A stretch of 41,583 bases of DNA from assembly GCF_001194135.2 (NCBI RefSeq), contig NC_068989.1, forward strand, positions 7,769,278-7,810,860. Direction: 5' to 3'. Source of the stretch: Octopus bimaculoides (lineage: Eukaryota). Shown piece by piece: positions 13,773-25,839 of this stretch. Each line of letters starts with the position of its first letter. Within the stretch, counting starts at the first letter, position 1. The position numbers and the translations under genes were made by a program. The notes under the pieces are model-generated. The model was not told where the DNA came from and ran no database searches. It was given only the letters and a program-made list of their open reading frames with translations.

Positions 13773-13844
13773 CTGTATTATTATTACAAGTGTAAAAATG
13801 TGTCGAAACAATTTTAGTGATTTTAAATAAAGAACGTCGTTAAT

Positions 13845-13845
<1 letters not shown>

Positions 13846-13879
<34 letters not shown>

Positions 13880-13936
13880 GTCTGTCTGTTGTCTGTCTGT
13901 CTGTCAGTCTGTCTATATACACATACACACATATAT

Positions 13937-14021
<85 letters not shown>

Positions 14022-14045
14022 TGTATGTATGTATGTATGTATATG
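13846..14045. repeat. Compound microsatellite (TCTA, TCTG, TA, TATG)
   Basis: Directly visible. Confidence 0.95.
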
Positions 14046-14509
14046 CATATGAGTGTGTGCGTATTTGTTTCTATATGTATATATAAAGAGGTGTACAATA
14101 CATGATGAGGTAAAAAGAAAAAAAAATGACGATATTAGTCAATTACTAGTATTAATTTCAGTGTAGAATTAATAATGTGCGTAGTTGTTTGCCGTAATTG
14201 CCGGAAAGATGAAAATAATATTTATTATTGACTACCAATAGTTTTTTGCTCGTTTTATTTTCTCATTACATATTTATTTCTAATTAGCTTTTTGTAATGT
14301 TTCCTGCATTAGATATGGTAAACTAACCTAACTATAGTACTTTGACGATAGTTAGGTTACTAGTACATTACTGGTGTACTTATTTATTTTATTGACACCC
14401 ACAGAATGTGTAGAGTATCTTAAACCTGGCGAAACCCACCACTCTTCAGGTCTAAACACAGCTGATGTCTTCTTGAAAAGACAGGAGAAGAATCAAGGCC
14501 ACTTCATGA

Positions 14510-14590
14510 CCGATACTTTATTTATCGGTCCTCGAAAGAATATGAGGTAAAGTTGATTTCGCCGGAATTTGATCTCAGGGCGCCGAGACA
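14510..14590 (-). mobile_element. Family A SINE fragment, diverged
   Basis: TTTATCGG...CGAAAGAATATGAGGTAAAGTTGATTTCGCCGGAATTTGATCTCAG is the reverse complement of the SINE body. Confidence 0.65.
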
Positions 14591-15292
14591 CAGGAATCTA
14601 ACTACTTGACGTTCTCACCGATATCCTAACGACTCCGCCAAACACAGCTACCTGGAAGTTGACTTGAGTAATTTTATCTAATAGATATTGAATATATTAA
14701 CTGGACTGGAATCGCTTTGCGCTAAAGTAACGTCAGAACATAACAGAGATAGAATTAGTAAACAAAACTGGAAAATGCTAGGCTTGGGATAGTTTATCAG
14801 AATTTTCTGGAATGCTATTTGCAATAAACCTGCGAAGAACAACGAGTTTCATCTTGTTCCCTTATTCCTTCGTCACACTACCAGAAAACAAAGGGTATAT
14901 GACATCTAAGAAGTTATATCCCTTTGTTAGAGACCCAACACAAAACAGATTCCGAAGTTTTCGAGATACGAAATCCTATATCAAGTGATAACCCGTCCAA
15001 AATTAATACTAGGAGAAGAGACTGGTGTGGTGGAAAAAATGTAATCTTGGATTAGCTTAATAGATTTAAGTATTACCAAAATGATTACTCTAAGAAGTTA
15101 ATTCCGATTATGAACTGCTTTCACATTGAGCATGACGAAAGTATGTAAAGAATCGAGTTGACAAAAATATTTAAGGTTGAACAAGACAGTTATATTAAAA
15201 CGAGGGAGTGGGTCAGAAACATGATACGAGAAGGAAACTTTAAATTGCTAATAACGACACAGAACAGAAATATAAATAAGATAAAATGATAC

Positions 15293-16024
15293 TTAAGAAG
15301 ACATAGGGAAACCACCCGTCAAGTCGGGTAAGAGCCTCCCACGACTATTTCCCCGTGCAGTACTGCTCGTATTTGAAGAGTGGTGCACCCAAAAGTGCTG
15401 AGCAACATCGTTCGCGTGGGAGAAAACAAATAAAACACATTTCACGCCAAATGGGAGCATCTGTTTGAATCGGTGATAAGGTTTTACTGACAAATTCACC
15501 AAATATGCATAGAGGTCCTGATTCCTGTATGCTGGGCCCAGTACTCCTTCTTTTTATTTGTAAATCGTCCCTGCTTTCGTCCTCAATTTGATTACTCTGT
15601 CAATATAAAGGATTGGTCGGTTCTTCGAATTACCGTTAACATCATGTCGTAGTCTTTCTGTGGTTTTCACGACTTTTAGTTGATTTTATCTTTCCTCCTC
15701 CTCTTCTTTTTATGGTATAGGAGCGGGGCTTTCTATAACAGTTTTACATTACTCTCAAGCTTCCAATCCGCGCTCATCGCTGTTAGTTAAAAAAAAGAAG
15801 TGTCCCGTTCATCGGCTTCTCGTACTGAAGACGAAATTGGTAATCTGGTAATCTGGAGCACTGGTTGAAAGCGAATAACAAGCTTGGCTCAGCGGAAACT
15901 TAGAAGCGGACGACAGCGAAAACTTAGAAGCAGACGACAGCGGAAACTTAAAAGCAGACGACAGAGGAAACTTAGAAGCAGACGGCAGCGGAAACTTAGA
16001 AGCAGACGACAGAGGAAACTTAGA
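15293..16024 (-). mobile_element. Decayed coding-like segment, possibly a retrotransposon ORF1
   Basis: One minus-strand frame reads KEEEEER*NQLKVVKTTERLRHDVNGNSKNRPILYIDRVIKLRTKAGTIYK*KEGVLGPAYRNQDLYAYLVNLSVKPY with only isolated stops, downstream of an in-frame-length 24-bp repeat. Family assignment is unverified inference. Confidence 0.35.
15891..16024. repeat. 24-bp minisatellite, about 5.6 copies (AGCGGAAACTTAGAAGCAGACGAC)
   Basis: Units start at 15891, 15915, 15939, 15963, 15987 and 16011, with 0-1 substitutions each. Confidence 0.95.
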
Positions 16025-16144
16025 TGTAGTATTATGATATATTTACAAAATAAACCATAATACTTGGCAATTGATGGCGTATCAGTATATATGTGGTGGG
16101 ATCGTTTCCCACTGGATGAGAACTAGTTCATCTTGTTGTTGTTG

Positions 16145-16176
<32 letters not shown>

Positions 16177-16539
16177 GGTGGTTCGAAGGTGGTGCTGAAT
16201 ATCACGAGTAAAGTACTAGATTCTATTTGCTAATGTTCATCTTACTGGAAAATATAAGCCAGTCCATCTGTCTGGAAAAGTTAACCTACGACCGTTTACC
16301 GTTCTATCCAGGGGGAATTTATGTATGTTTTTGATTTGAGCCTTATCTTATCGTTTACTATATGCATATCTCTCTCTCTNNNNNNNNNNNNNNNNNNNNN
16401 NNNNNNNNNNNNNNNNNNNNNNNNNNNNNNNNNNNNNNNNNNNNNNNNNNNNNNNNNNNNNNNNNNNNNNNNNNNNNNNNNNNNNNNNNNNNNNNNNNNN
16501 NNNNNNNNNNNNNNNNNNNNNNNNNNNNNNNNNNNATAT

Positions 16540-16592
<53 letters not shown>

Positions 16593-16764
16593 TGGATGTA
16601 TAGATAGAAAACCGATGTGTAAATATATAGCAACAAAGATGTCCTGGTGTTTGCTAAATTTATTCTTTCATCTGTGAAATGTTCTGCCGGGAAGAATTAT
16701 CTACTGGCTCGTGAGGAATTTGTGGAGATAATCTTATCTGAGTTCCATTTCGAACCGGCCCAAC

Positions 16765-16835
<71 letters not shown>

Positions 16836-16948
16836 CAGCAGCAGCAGCAGCAGTTGTAGTAGTAGTAGTAATAGTAGTAGCAGTGGTAGTAGTTGTTGTA
16901 GTAACAATAATAGTAATAGTAGTAATGGTGGGGGATGATGGTGGTGAT

Positions 16949-17003
<55 letters not shown>

Positions 17004-17015
17004 ATAGTAGTAGTG
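16765..17015. repeat. Compound trinucleotide array (TAG)n/(CAG)n/(TGG)n
   Basis: Directly visible. Confidence 0.95.
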
Positions 17016-17140
17016 CTGATGCAATCTAATACGCAGACATATTGGATGAAGTCTACTTTACACCAAAACTTGCTCCACACTTGTAGCAATGTCGACACCT
17101 ACTTGTGGTAGAAGGAAATTTCAGAGATAAATGTGTATGT

Positions 17141-17192
<52 letters not shown>

Positions 17193-17215
17193 TTATATAT
17201 TTATGTAAAGGCAAA

Positions 17216-17341
17216 GAGAAGAAGAAGAAGAAGAAGAAGAAGAAGAAGAAGAAGAAGAAGAAGAAGAAGAAGAAGAAGAAGAAGAAGAAGAAGAAGAAGA
17301 AGAAGAAGAAGAAGAAGAAGAAGAAGAAGAAGAAGAAGAAA
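17216..17341. repeat. Pure (GAA)n, about 41-42 units
   Basis: Directly visible. Confidence 0.97.
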
Positions 17342-18541
17342 CGAAATGAAACGAAACGAAGAAATAAATACAGGTGATGTATTTGGTGCGAAATGCGAAA
17401 CTGAGGCGATTACCCGGAAGCTAAACTCTGGTCTGAATTCGCCTAAGTGTAAACCACCTCGGTAACTCCGTTTGTATGTGCGGTTTGTTTCAGTTATTTA
17501 TTTATTTATCTATTTATTTATTTATTTATTTATTTGTGTGTGTGTCTTCCAGTGGAAGTTTGAAAACGAAGAACATTCCATACGACTAACTATTCAACTG
17601 CTATCAATAAGACTAACAGAGAGGAAGCAGCATCGGCAGTAATGCTTTGCACCCAGCATTACGGTCACCTGATAATACCAAAGACATCCATCTCTTCCTA
17701 CTAACTCTGTTTTACAGTATTCACCCTATCTCTCACAGATTTCTCGTTCTTAATGCATTCTGCTTGTAAACGAGGATTACTTATAACAGTGAAGGAAAAA
17801 CGGCCGAGAGCAAAACTTTATGATATCGGCTGCTGATTATTGGGTTGAAGTCAATTTGTAAGCATCTCTTTGTGTTTGAGGCAGACAAGACTAAACTGCT
17901 CATTGTTTTAGTTTAACAATTCGTGAAAAGAAACGATTTGTTAATATCCTAACCGGGTGACGGTTTGTTTGTTTATTTTTCTGTTATTCTTTTATTTGTT
18001 TCAGTTAAGTGACAGCGGTCAGGTTGGGACACCGATCTGGGAGAGGAAGGCTTTCCCTCAGGTAAATATATGATATCGTGAAGCAAAATCCGAAAGGAAA
18101 AGCCTGGATCCATGCGCAGAGAAACAGAGAAGACGGCTCAGATTCAAGAACAGAGGAGAAGAGTTGTCAATGGCCTTGGTTCCATAGAGAACGAAGGGCT
18201 AAAGCAAGAACGTGCGTATATACAAGTATGTCCCCAACGCCACAGGTGCCGCTGGTGAAGATGGATGGCCAAGTGCGAGCGTGTGCTTTATGATCGCAAC
18301 ATATGGTCTTCCCTAAATAAAAATCATGCGAAGGCCATCTGTGGCTGGAACCACGTGGCTGTCCGCTCTTTTTAAGAAGCTTCATCACAAGCTACAGATC
18401 TACTATTCGGATGCGAGTTAACGCTGATTGCGACGATATACAAGCAAGACTTTTCAAAAGACTTGCTTGTATATAACATTCATTATTTCTCCGCAACCTA
18501 ATTACAGCGACCAAGCTTTTGCTTCCTTATAAGAGGAATTC

Positions 18542-18605
18542 AAGTCGACCTCGGCGGAATTTGAACTCCGAACGCTAAGCATTTCGCCCGGTGTACTAAC
18601 GTTTC
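18542..18605 (-). mobile_element. Family A SINE head fragment with internal deletion
   Basis: AAGTCGACCTCGGCGGAATTTGAACTC...GCTAAGCATTTCGCCCGG. Confidence 0.8.
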
Positions 18606-18837
18606 TTATTTCTTTACTGCCCACAAGGGGCTACACACAGAGGAGACAAACAAGGACAGACAAATGGATTAAGTCGCTTATATCGATCCCAGTGCGTAAC
18701 TGGTGCTTATTTAATCGATCCCGAAAGGATGAAAGGCAAAGTCGACCTCAGCGGAATTTGAACCCAAAACGTAGCGGCAGATGAAATACCGCTAAGCATT
18801 TCGCCCGGCGTGCTTACGTATCTGCCAGCTCGTCGCC
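18605..18837 (-). mobile_element. Family A SINE, near full length
   Basis: Reverse complement carries the A box (CTGGCAGATACGTAAGCACGCCGGGCG), the B box (GGGTTCAAATTCC) and the shared body and tail. Confidence 0.9.
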
Positions 18838-18867
18838 TTGTCTTTTTATAATATTAGATAAGATTAA

Positions 18868-19075
18868 GGTGTCGATCTGGCAGAATCGTTAGCACGCTGG
18901 ACNNNNNNNNNNGCCCGTCGCAACGTTCTAAGTTCAAATTCCGCCAGAGTCGACTTTGCTTTTCATCCTTTCGGTGTCGATAAATTAAGTACCAGTGAAA
19001 CACTGGTGCCGATGTAATCGACTTCTCCCCTCCCCCACAAATTTGAGGCCTTGTAGCTTTAGTAGAAAAGATTAT
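18868..19075 (+). mobile_element. Family A SINE, near full length (10-N gap inside)
   Basis: CTGGCAGAATCGTTAGCACG...AAGTTCAAATTCCGCC...GTCGACTTTGCTTTTCATCCTTTCGG. Confidence 0.9.
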
Positions 19076-19404
19076 ATTAAAATATGATAATTTCTAAACA
19101 CCAATTCGGACTGAAAAATAAATATATCAAACGTACTGATACGTACATACATACATACATACATACAAACAGACGCATGTTTATCAACATTTAGCAACAT
19201 CTATTTACTCACAAACTCACACGCACACACAAACATCTCTACGGACCCCACCCCTAGACACATACAACTGTACGTGTGTCTATAAATACATGTATGTATA
19301 TATGGATAGATAGATAGATAGATAGACTGACATACGCACACACACACATATTATATGTATCATATAAATTTATGCCTCATAGTCCAACGTCAACTTTCTT
19401 CCAT

Positions 19405-19486
19405 TTTCTCTCTCTCTCTCTCTCTTATTTTTCTCCTCTATTTTTCTGCATTTTTCCAATACTCTATTTCTCTTTCCCTTTCTCAT

Positions 19487-19564
<78 letters not shown>

Positions 19565-19670
19565 TTCCCCTCTTCATTCTTCCGGTCACCTTGCTTCTTG
19601 TTTCTTTTTCCCGCCACCTTATTCCCCCCTTTCTCTCTGTCTATTTCACTCCCTTTCTCTCTCATCTCTC
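19405..19670. repeat. (CT)n and CT-rich tract
   Basis: Pure CT run at ~19481-19561. Confidence 0.95.
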
Positions 19671-20348
19671 GTAAGTTTCAAATGACTTACTTTAAAAGCC
19701 CTATACTACTTTATTTTAAGGGCACGAAAATATTCGTCTCATATGTCCCTTTTACCCAACAAGTAAGTACCCGTAAGTACCCTGTTTATTTACTTAATCT
19801 CTGCATTGTTTACTCAGCAATTTAGCACTTCTGTTTTACTCCTAGAACATTCCAAACTGAAGAGCATAAAATTTATCGTTTCATCCGCAGGCAATAAGGC
19901 AAAACTTCGTAGAAGAGCGCGTCTCTGTATCTATTGAGTCATAATCAATAACGCATTGATTCTTAATTCATAGATTTCTGAGATCTGAAGCGATGAAATA
20001 TTATGACTAAAGAATCGTCTACCTCCGAAATTCCCACCCCTGTTTTCAAGAGCCCTCTGCCAACTTTGAGGACTCTGTCTTCCTAACTATTATTTCTGGA
20101 CTTATGATGCCTCTAACTGAATAAAATCCTATTATATTTTTATAATTAAATATTATTAGGAATTATATTTGAAAATTGTTAAAATATTTGGTGTATTGTC
20201 GAAATATAACCGAGTTTATTGCTCATAAATTTTAACCACAAAATCTTAAATCGACCCCTAGATTCATATGGACTCAAAAGGGTTATATGGACCCCCAAGA
20301 GTCATATGGTTTCTGATTGAAAACTGCTGGCTTAATTGATTTCTGGGT

Positions 20349-20412
20349 TGCTTGGTCGTGAAGATGCTTGGTCGTGAAGATGCTTGGTCGTGAAGTTGCT
20401 TGGTCGTGCAGT
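20349..20412. repeat. 16-bp tandem repeat, 4 copies (TGCTTGGTCGTGAAGA)
   Basis: Units at 20349, 20365, 20381 and 20397. Confidence 0.95.
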
Positions 20413-21429
20413 TCTTTGGTTGTGTGTCTGCTTGTGTTAATGGTTTAGGTGGTTGTGAGATTACATGATTGGGTGTGTGACTTGCTTGTGTGTGTGGTTG
20501 CTTGCCTCTGGTAATAATTTGAGTGAGTTGTTGCTTTGGTTGTGTGTTTTTATTATTATTATTATTTGAATGATTGTTTGTTTAAATAGCCATGGGTGAG
20601 GTGAGGCTGTTTGTTTGCTTCTCTATATATCAACATTTATTGTGCACAATAAACAACAAACATATTTCTAAAGTAGGAAGCACAGTTTATCTTACCAACC
20701 CAAATATAATACCGGTATTCACTTTAACAATTTTATTCAAACGGAAAAGAGTACAGGTGGCTGTCTAGATTGGCAACAAACGCAGAAGCCGGAGATCTAG
20801 GCTTAAGCATGATCTGCGTTTAGCTTACTCAGTGTCTGTATGATAGTTCTTCTCTCCTATAATTACCATTGCTTTATAGATGTGAATGTTATATGGTTAT
20901 AATTAGGAAATACACCTACCCTTGTCTTTTGTTACAAAATGAGCGGAAAAGGAAGCATTTGATTCGCCCCCGTTTGTATATGAACCTAAAAGAAAGAAGA
21001 GAAAACGAATGAAAGTAAGAGTGAAAAAAAAACGAAAAACGAAGCGAAATAAAGAGAAAAGGAAGAAGAAAAATGGAAAATTAATTCATTTCCATCATTG
21101 TTCGATAAATGTTTCTACCCCGATTCCTTAATTATGGATCAAATGTATTTGTTAAACCATTTCCAAAAGGAAATATTTAATTCTTTACATCATAAACATA
21201 ATATTATTTGATAGAACCAACGGAAGAAAAGAAAAACAGCAACAATAAACAAACAAACATATTAATATAATGAAATGAAATGAAATCATCACCCACGCCG
21301 TTTATGTTTTCTTAACTTTGTATTTTTTTGTTTTTGATTGATTGATTTATTAATTATGTTTAAAGCATCTCTTTCCGTTGTTTCTGTCGGAATCTCCAGC
21401 GAATGGCTGAAAGTATAGTCAGCTGATTG

Positions 21430-21590
21430 TTCGTCACTTCCTGATGAAATCGGTATGGTTTCAGCCAATTGCCCGAGTAGGCGAGTCTTCATTATTTATT
21501 CTCTTCTATAAATGCATTAACAGAGAAAGATGAAAGTTTTAAACATTATTTTAAAATGGCGTCACATGGGGCGGAAGTCGGGGATTTCGA
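21430..21590 (+). promoter_or_regulatory. Candidate Pol II promoter motif cluster
   Basis: ETS-like CACTTCCTG (~21436), CCAAT (21465-21469), TATAAAT (21507-21513), YY1-like AAAATGGCG (21553-21561), GTCACATG, and overlapping GC box/ETS GGGGCGGAAGT. CCAAT and TATA are at canonical spacing. Motif-based only. Confidence 0.35.
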
Positions 21591-22300
21591 CGACATTACA
21601 TATACTCGTTCACTCATACAAGCAAACTTTTCCACACACTTCCTCACACACACGTTATCATACTTTCTATTTATCCTTCACTGTACTTAACACACACTCT
21701 CTCTCTTTCTCTCTCTCTCTATCTATATATCTATCTATCTACTTATGAATCTATCTATTTATATATCGCTTTTCCTTATCCCTCCTCACAATCTTTCATA
21801 TTTCCTTTTCTGTTCATTTTTTTAAATTAAGTAATTAACGATTTCTTACATTATAAAAAATAGAAAAAAAAAAGCTCAAAATAATTAAAAAAAAATTTGT
21901 GCGATGCTGTAGTCAATGGAATGCTCCTTCACACCAATATATTACTGTACGTCCGGAATATACGGAAAGCAAATATCTATTCGGCGCTATTTTAAAAGCA
22001 CCGAACGCATAGCCACATGTCTAAATTCGTAAACTGTTTAAATGAAACGCAACAATTTGTTTAATCTACCAATCTCCACACCGTCATCAAATTTTTAATT
22101 AATGGTAGGATTTAAGCCAAGTTTAATTGGACGTGATATAAAGTAAGGGAGAATAATCACGTATCGAGCAACTACGCAATTTTTATTCTTAACTGGTAGT
22201 CACTTTACGTTACGTTGTTATTTTATTTTATTTTTACACTTCGCATCGGAAACAAGGCTAATTTAGCTGTTTCTGCATAGATTGAAAAAAATTATGATCG

Positions 22301-22345
22301 GCCTTAATTGATTTTCGAATCTTATTGGCTTCTCATCAGCGGCGT
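22301..22345 (-). ncRNA. Decayed minimal type-I hammerhead ribozyme motif
   Basis: Minus strand: GCCG-CTGATGA-GAAGCCAATAAGATTC-GAA-AATCAATT-A-AGGC. Core intact. Stem II 4/5 pairs. Stem III one change from the palindrome AATCGATT. Stem I 3/4. Confidence 0.5.
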
Positions 22346-22474
22346 CTACATCAATTTGACCAATCCCAGAGAAACAAGCAAGGCAATTTGTTTTCTATAC
22401 TCAACAAGATTTTGTCAATAAATAATTTAAAGTTTCTTGCACAAATCCAGCAGTTTTGAGAGGACGGGAGAATC

Positions 22475-22590
22475 GAGGACATCGACCCCAGTACTTGGCT
22501 AGTATTTTATTTTATCGCCCCCGAAAAGATGAAAGGCAAAGTTGACCTCGGCCTTATTTGTTCTCAGAACATAAAGAGCTGGAATAAATA
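22475..22590 (-). mobile_element. Family A SINE fragment
   Basis: ATCGACCCCAGTAC...TTTTATCG...CCGAAAAGATGAAAGGCAAAGTTGACCTCGG. Confidence 0.8.
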
Positions 22591-22673
22591 TGCTTGTTGT
22601 CATTTACTCAATACATTTTCTAGAGTACTAATTTATTCTTCTTTAACTTCGAAATCACTAACATTACTATGTA

Positions 22674-22903
22674 AAAAAAACACAAAATCCGTTAGATTCA
22701 CTTCAACATTCAAATTTGATTTGTCAAAATATTTTCGTCGATTTGAAACCGCGACCCGTTCACTGACAAAATTTCCGTGCTAAAATTCCGTGGTGCAGCG
22801 CAGAATTTTGTCAGCGAACAGGCCGCGGTCTCAAAGCGATGAAAATATCTTGACAAATTAAATTTAAATGTTGAAATGAATCTAACGGTTTTTATGTTTT
22901 TTT
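22674..22903. mobile_element. MITE-like fold-back element with ~100-bp inverted arms
   Basis: 22674-22772 is the reverse complement of 22804-22903 at roughly 85-90% identity by eye; ~30-bp spacer. Confidence 0.8.
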
Positions 22904-22932
22904 AAATGGCTTATAAACACCTCCCCGGTGAA

Positions 22933-23025
<93 letters not shown>

Positions 23026-23149
23026 ATATATGTATATATATATATATATATTTGTGTGTGTGTGTGTGTGTATGTATATATGTATGTATATATTATGTAT
23101 ATATTATGTATTAAGTATGTATATGTGTAGTAGTAGCAGTAGTAATAGT

Positions 23150-23400
23150 AAGTGCATGTGCTGTAACGGTGCATCACTGCATCCGCCTTTTGTTGATGAT
23201 TCCCTACTGTTTCTGATAGACGACACCTTTGCACCACTCACGTGACAATCCTCCAACCCGTAGATCCGTTTGGGTAATCGTTGCTAGTGAAGGTTCTACG
23301 AGATCGGAATGCAATCCTAGCTCGATCTGTTTTAGTCGCCTTTTACGCCATGAAGGAGAAAGGCTGGGTCTGTTCTTTGCTATACCGATTCCCACACAGC
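23150..23400 (-). mobile_element. Possible RTE-clade LINE UTR fragment
   Basis: Minus strand CATGGCGTAAAAGGCGACTAAAA resembles the TGTCGTAAGAGGCGACTAA motif I recall from RTE elements. No coding match. Confidence 0.3.
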
Positions 23401-23759
23401 AAGAAGTCATAGGATTGGTAAGAAAACGTTCTATAAAGTGGCGTCACCAACGATAAAATGGAACAGTATCATGCTATCGCGAATCAATAGCTCGTGATGT
23501 TTATTTAGAAAACGAAGTTGCTTAAAAACATGAGCAAAATGATGTATCTTCACCGAATTTCTAAACAATAAGAAAAAGAAGAGATTTAAATTGGTTCAAT
23601 CGGAATGGACTATTGTCAAATGGTGTACTCAATACATGGTACATGTGTAGAATTTTATATTTTTTATATTAAAAAATAGAAAACGGGTACAACGCTCATT
23701 TCGAACTTACGTCCTTGTCAAGAGATAATGACCACGGGTCGACACCATCGCTGAACTAG

Positions 23760-23761
<2 letters not shown>

Positions 23762-23797
<36 letters not shown>

Positions 23798-24062
23798 CAC
23801 ACATGCATACATACATACATAGTACACACACATACATACATACATGCATACATACATACATGCATGGCTGCATACGTACAAACATACGTATGTACGTACG
23901 TACGTACATACATAAGTGTATACATACGTACATACATACATACATATGTACGTACGTACATACATACGTACATACATACATACATACATACATACATACA
24001 TACATAAGTACATACATACATACATACATATATACATACATACATACGTACGTACGTATATA
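23762..24062. repeat. (TACA)n/(TACG)n array
   Basis: Directly visible. Confidence 0.95.
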
Positions 24063-24315
24063 CATATAGTTGTTTTGAGTCGCAAAACTCGAAGGGCTCT
24101 TTACTTCTGCCACTTGGCGCGTGCTAACATCATGGACAGAGATTGGCTGAAACATTTGGAATCCCCGAATCTATCACCGTTTTTTCAGCAGATTCTTATT
24201 TACCCAATGTTTTTCTTTTTTTTTCTGATGGGAAGACGTGGGATTTGAATTCAAATAAACGGGAAACACATACTGTGCAAGGTAACTCGTCCGGTGTTCA
24301 TTCAAATATTCCGGG

Positions 24316-24435
24316 AAGAAGAAGAAGAAGAAGAAGAAGAAGAAGAAGAAGAAGAAGAAGAAGAAGAAGAAGAAGAAGAAGAAGAAGACACAGGANNNNN
24401 NNNNNGAAGAAGAAGAAGAAGAAGAAGAAGAAGAA
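24316..24435. repeat. (GAA)n spanning a 10-N gap
   Basis: Directly visible. Confidence 0.9.
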
Positions 24436-25174
24436 GACACAGGAAAGTGGTAGCAACAAGGGTAGTCGTGTTATGCATTCGGTTAAATCCCTTTAATTGT
24501 AAAACTACTTACTGGTTATCGTTTTATTTTATAAATCATGCTTTAATAACATCTTCGGTGCGAGTCAGTATTTCAGTAATGACAGTCTGAATCCGTAAGT
24601 TACATTAAGAAATTTCCTCTTACTTTTTTTTTATCTACTTATCTACGTCATAACACAAGAAACAGAAAAGACGAAAATGACTCATCCTCTATTGAAATTA
24701 CGTCATCAACAGCCCTAACAATATGTTTTCACACATGTCCAGGTGGAGATTTCTTTGCCAGGACTATCTCAGCAGCTACAGGTCTTATCACGTCCGAACA
24801 GACTCAAACGTGTTAAATATAACTATTTGATATATTTAGTTGCTAGAATAGAATTCTGGGCTAAAGTGTGCAAAGATTATAATTTGTGAATGATATGAGT
24901 AATTCAGTTTAATAGATACAACTATTAATTCAATGTACGTAGAAATACTTTTCTTTTAATGCGCATATCCTGTAATACGAAAATCATGTTCAACTTTTTA
25001 TCAACATTTTGTTTTGATTTCTGTTTTTGTTTTAATTAAATTAATACGCCGTTGCATTTGTATCTTTATGTCTGCAATGGTGGATTTCATTATCAAATAT
25101 ATACACATTTTAAAGCAGATTAATGATTATATCATAATACATATATATATATAGTAAATAAGAAATCTAGTTTC

Positions 25175-25233
25175 AAATATCAAACAAAATGGAAACAAAA
25201 ATATCAAACAAAATGGAAACAAAAATATCAAAC
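25175..25233. repeat. 24-bp tandem duplication, about 2.5 copies
   Basis: AAATATCAAACAAAATGGAAACAA at 25175 and 25199, partial at 25223. Confidence 0.9.
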
Positions 25234-25839
25234 CTTATCGATAAAATTCAAATTTAATCCTCAATTTATTTTGAGTTCCAGTAGAGGTGAACAAATTTAA
25301 CTGCAGTCTTGTTAAAAACAACTAAAAATAACTTCAGTTCCCAACAGCGAAGTAATTAAATTTTTAAATGGAAATAAGGTTGTATGCCATGAGAAGAGGT
25401 GAACTCTAATGCTTTAGAACAATTTTGTTGATTCGTAACGACCGACAATCGGTTGAGTTTCTGCTTCGTATTTTTCTATAATGAAAAATAAAATGTTCTC
25501 AAGTAAACTACATACTTATTTATTATGAACGCATGCAAGACTTACTTTGATTTTTATTTTGTCTTTATCGAACGTTAAATACGAATCTAACAAAGCTAAT
25601 GTTAATGCGAAACTAATATCAATGCGAAACATTCAGAATTTTTACTCTGTATTCTTAAGGGGGTTAAAAAATTTTGTTATCGTTGATTTGAACTTCAACA
25701 TTAATAATTAATTCCTCGTTGTCGTTAATTTGAAAACCGAAACCAAAGCTACATTCCTAAGCGTCAAGAAATAGAATTAACGTTATCAATTAAGTAGAAA
25801 ATAATGTAGAAAGTAATTACTTGTAAACAAAATTATAAT

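Noticed and set aside
14887-14928. 42-nt hairpin AACAAAGGG...CCCTTTGTT
   Set aside because: Short and AT-rich, and expected by chance or from repeat debris.
15891-20412. 24-bp and 16-bp repeats as CRISPR-like arrays
   Set aside because: They are directly tandem with no unique spacers, in a eukaryotic context.
23320-23400. Possible HDV-like ribozyme around GGCGTAAAAGGCGACTAA
   Set aside because: P3/L3-like and J4/2-like pieces can be drawn, but I could not find partners for P1 or P2.
24380-24445. Duplicated GAAGAAGACACAGGA on both sides of a 10-N gap
   Set aside because: Most likely an unmerged contig overlap (assembly artefact).
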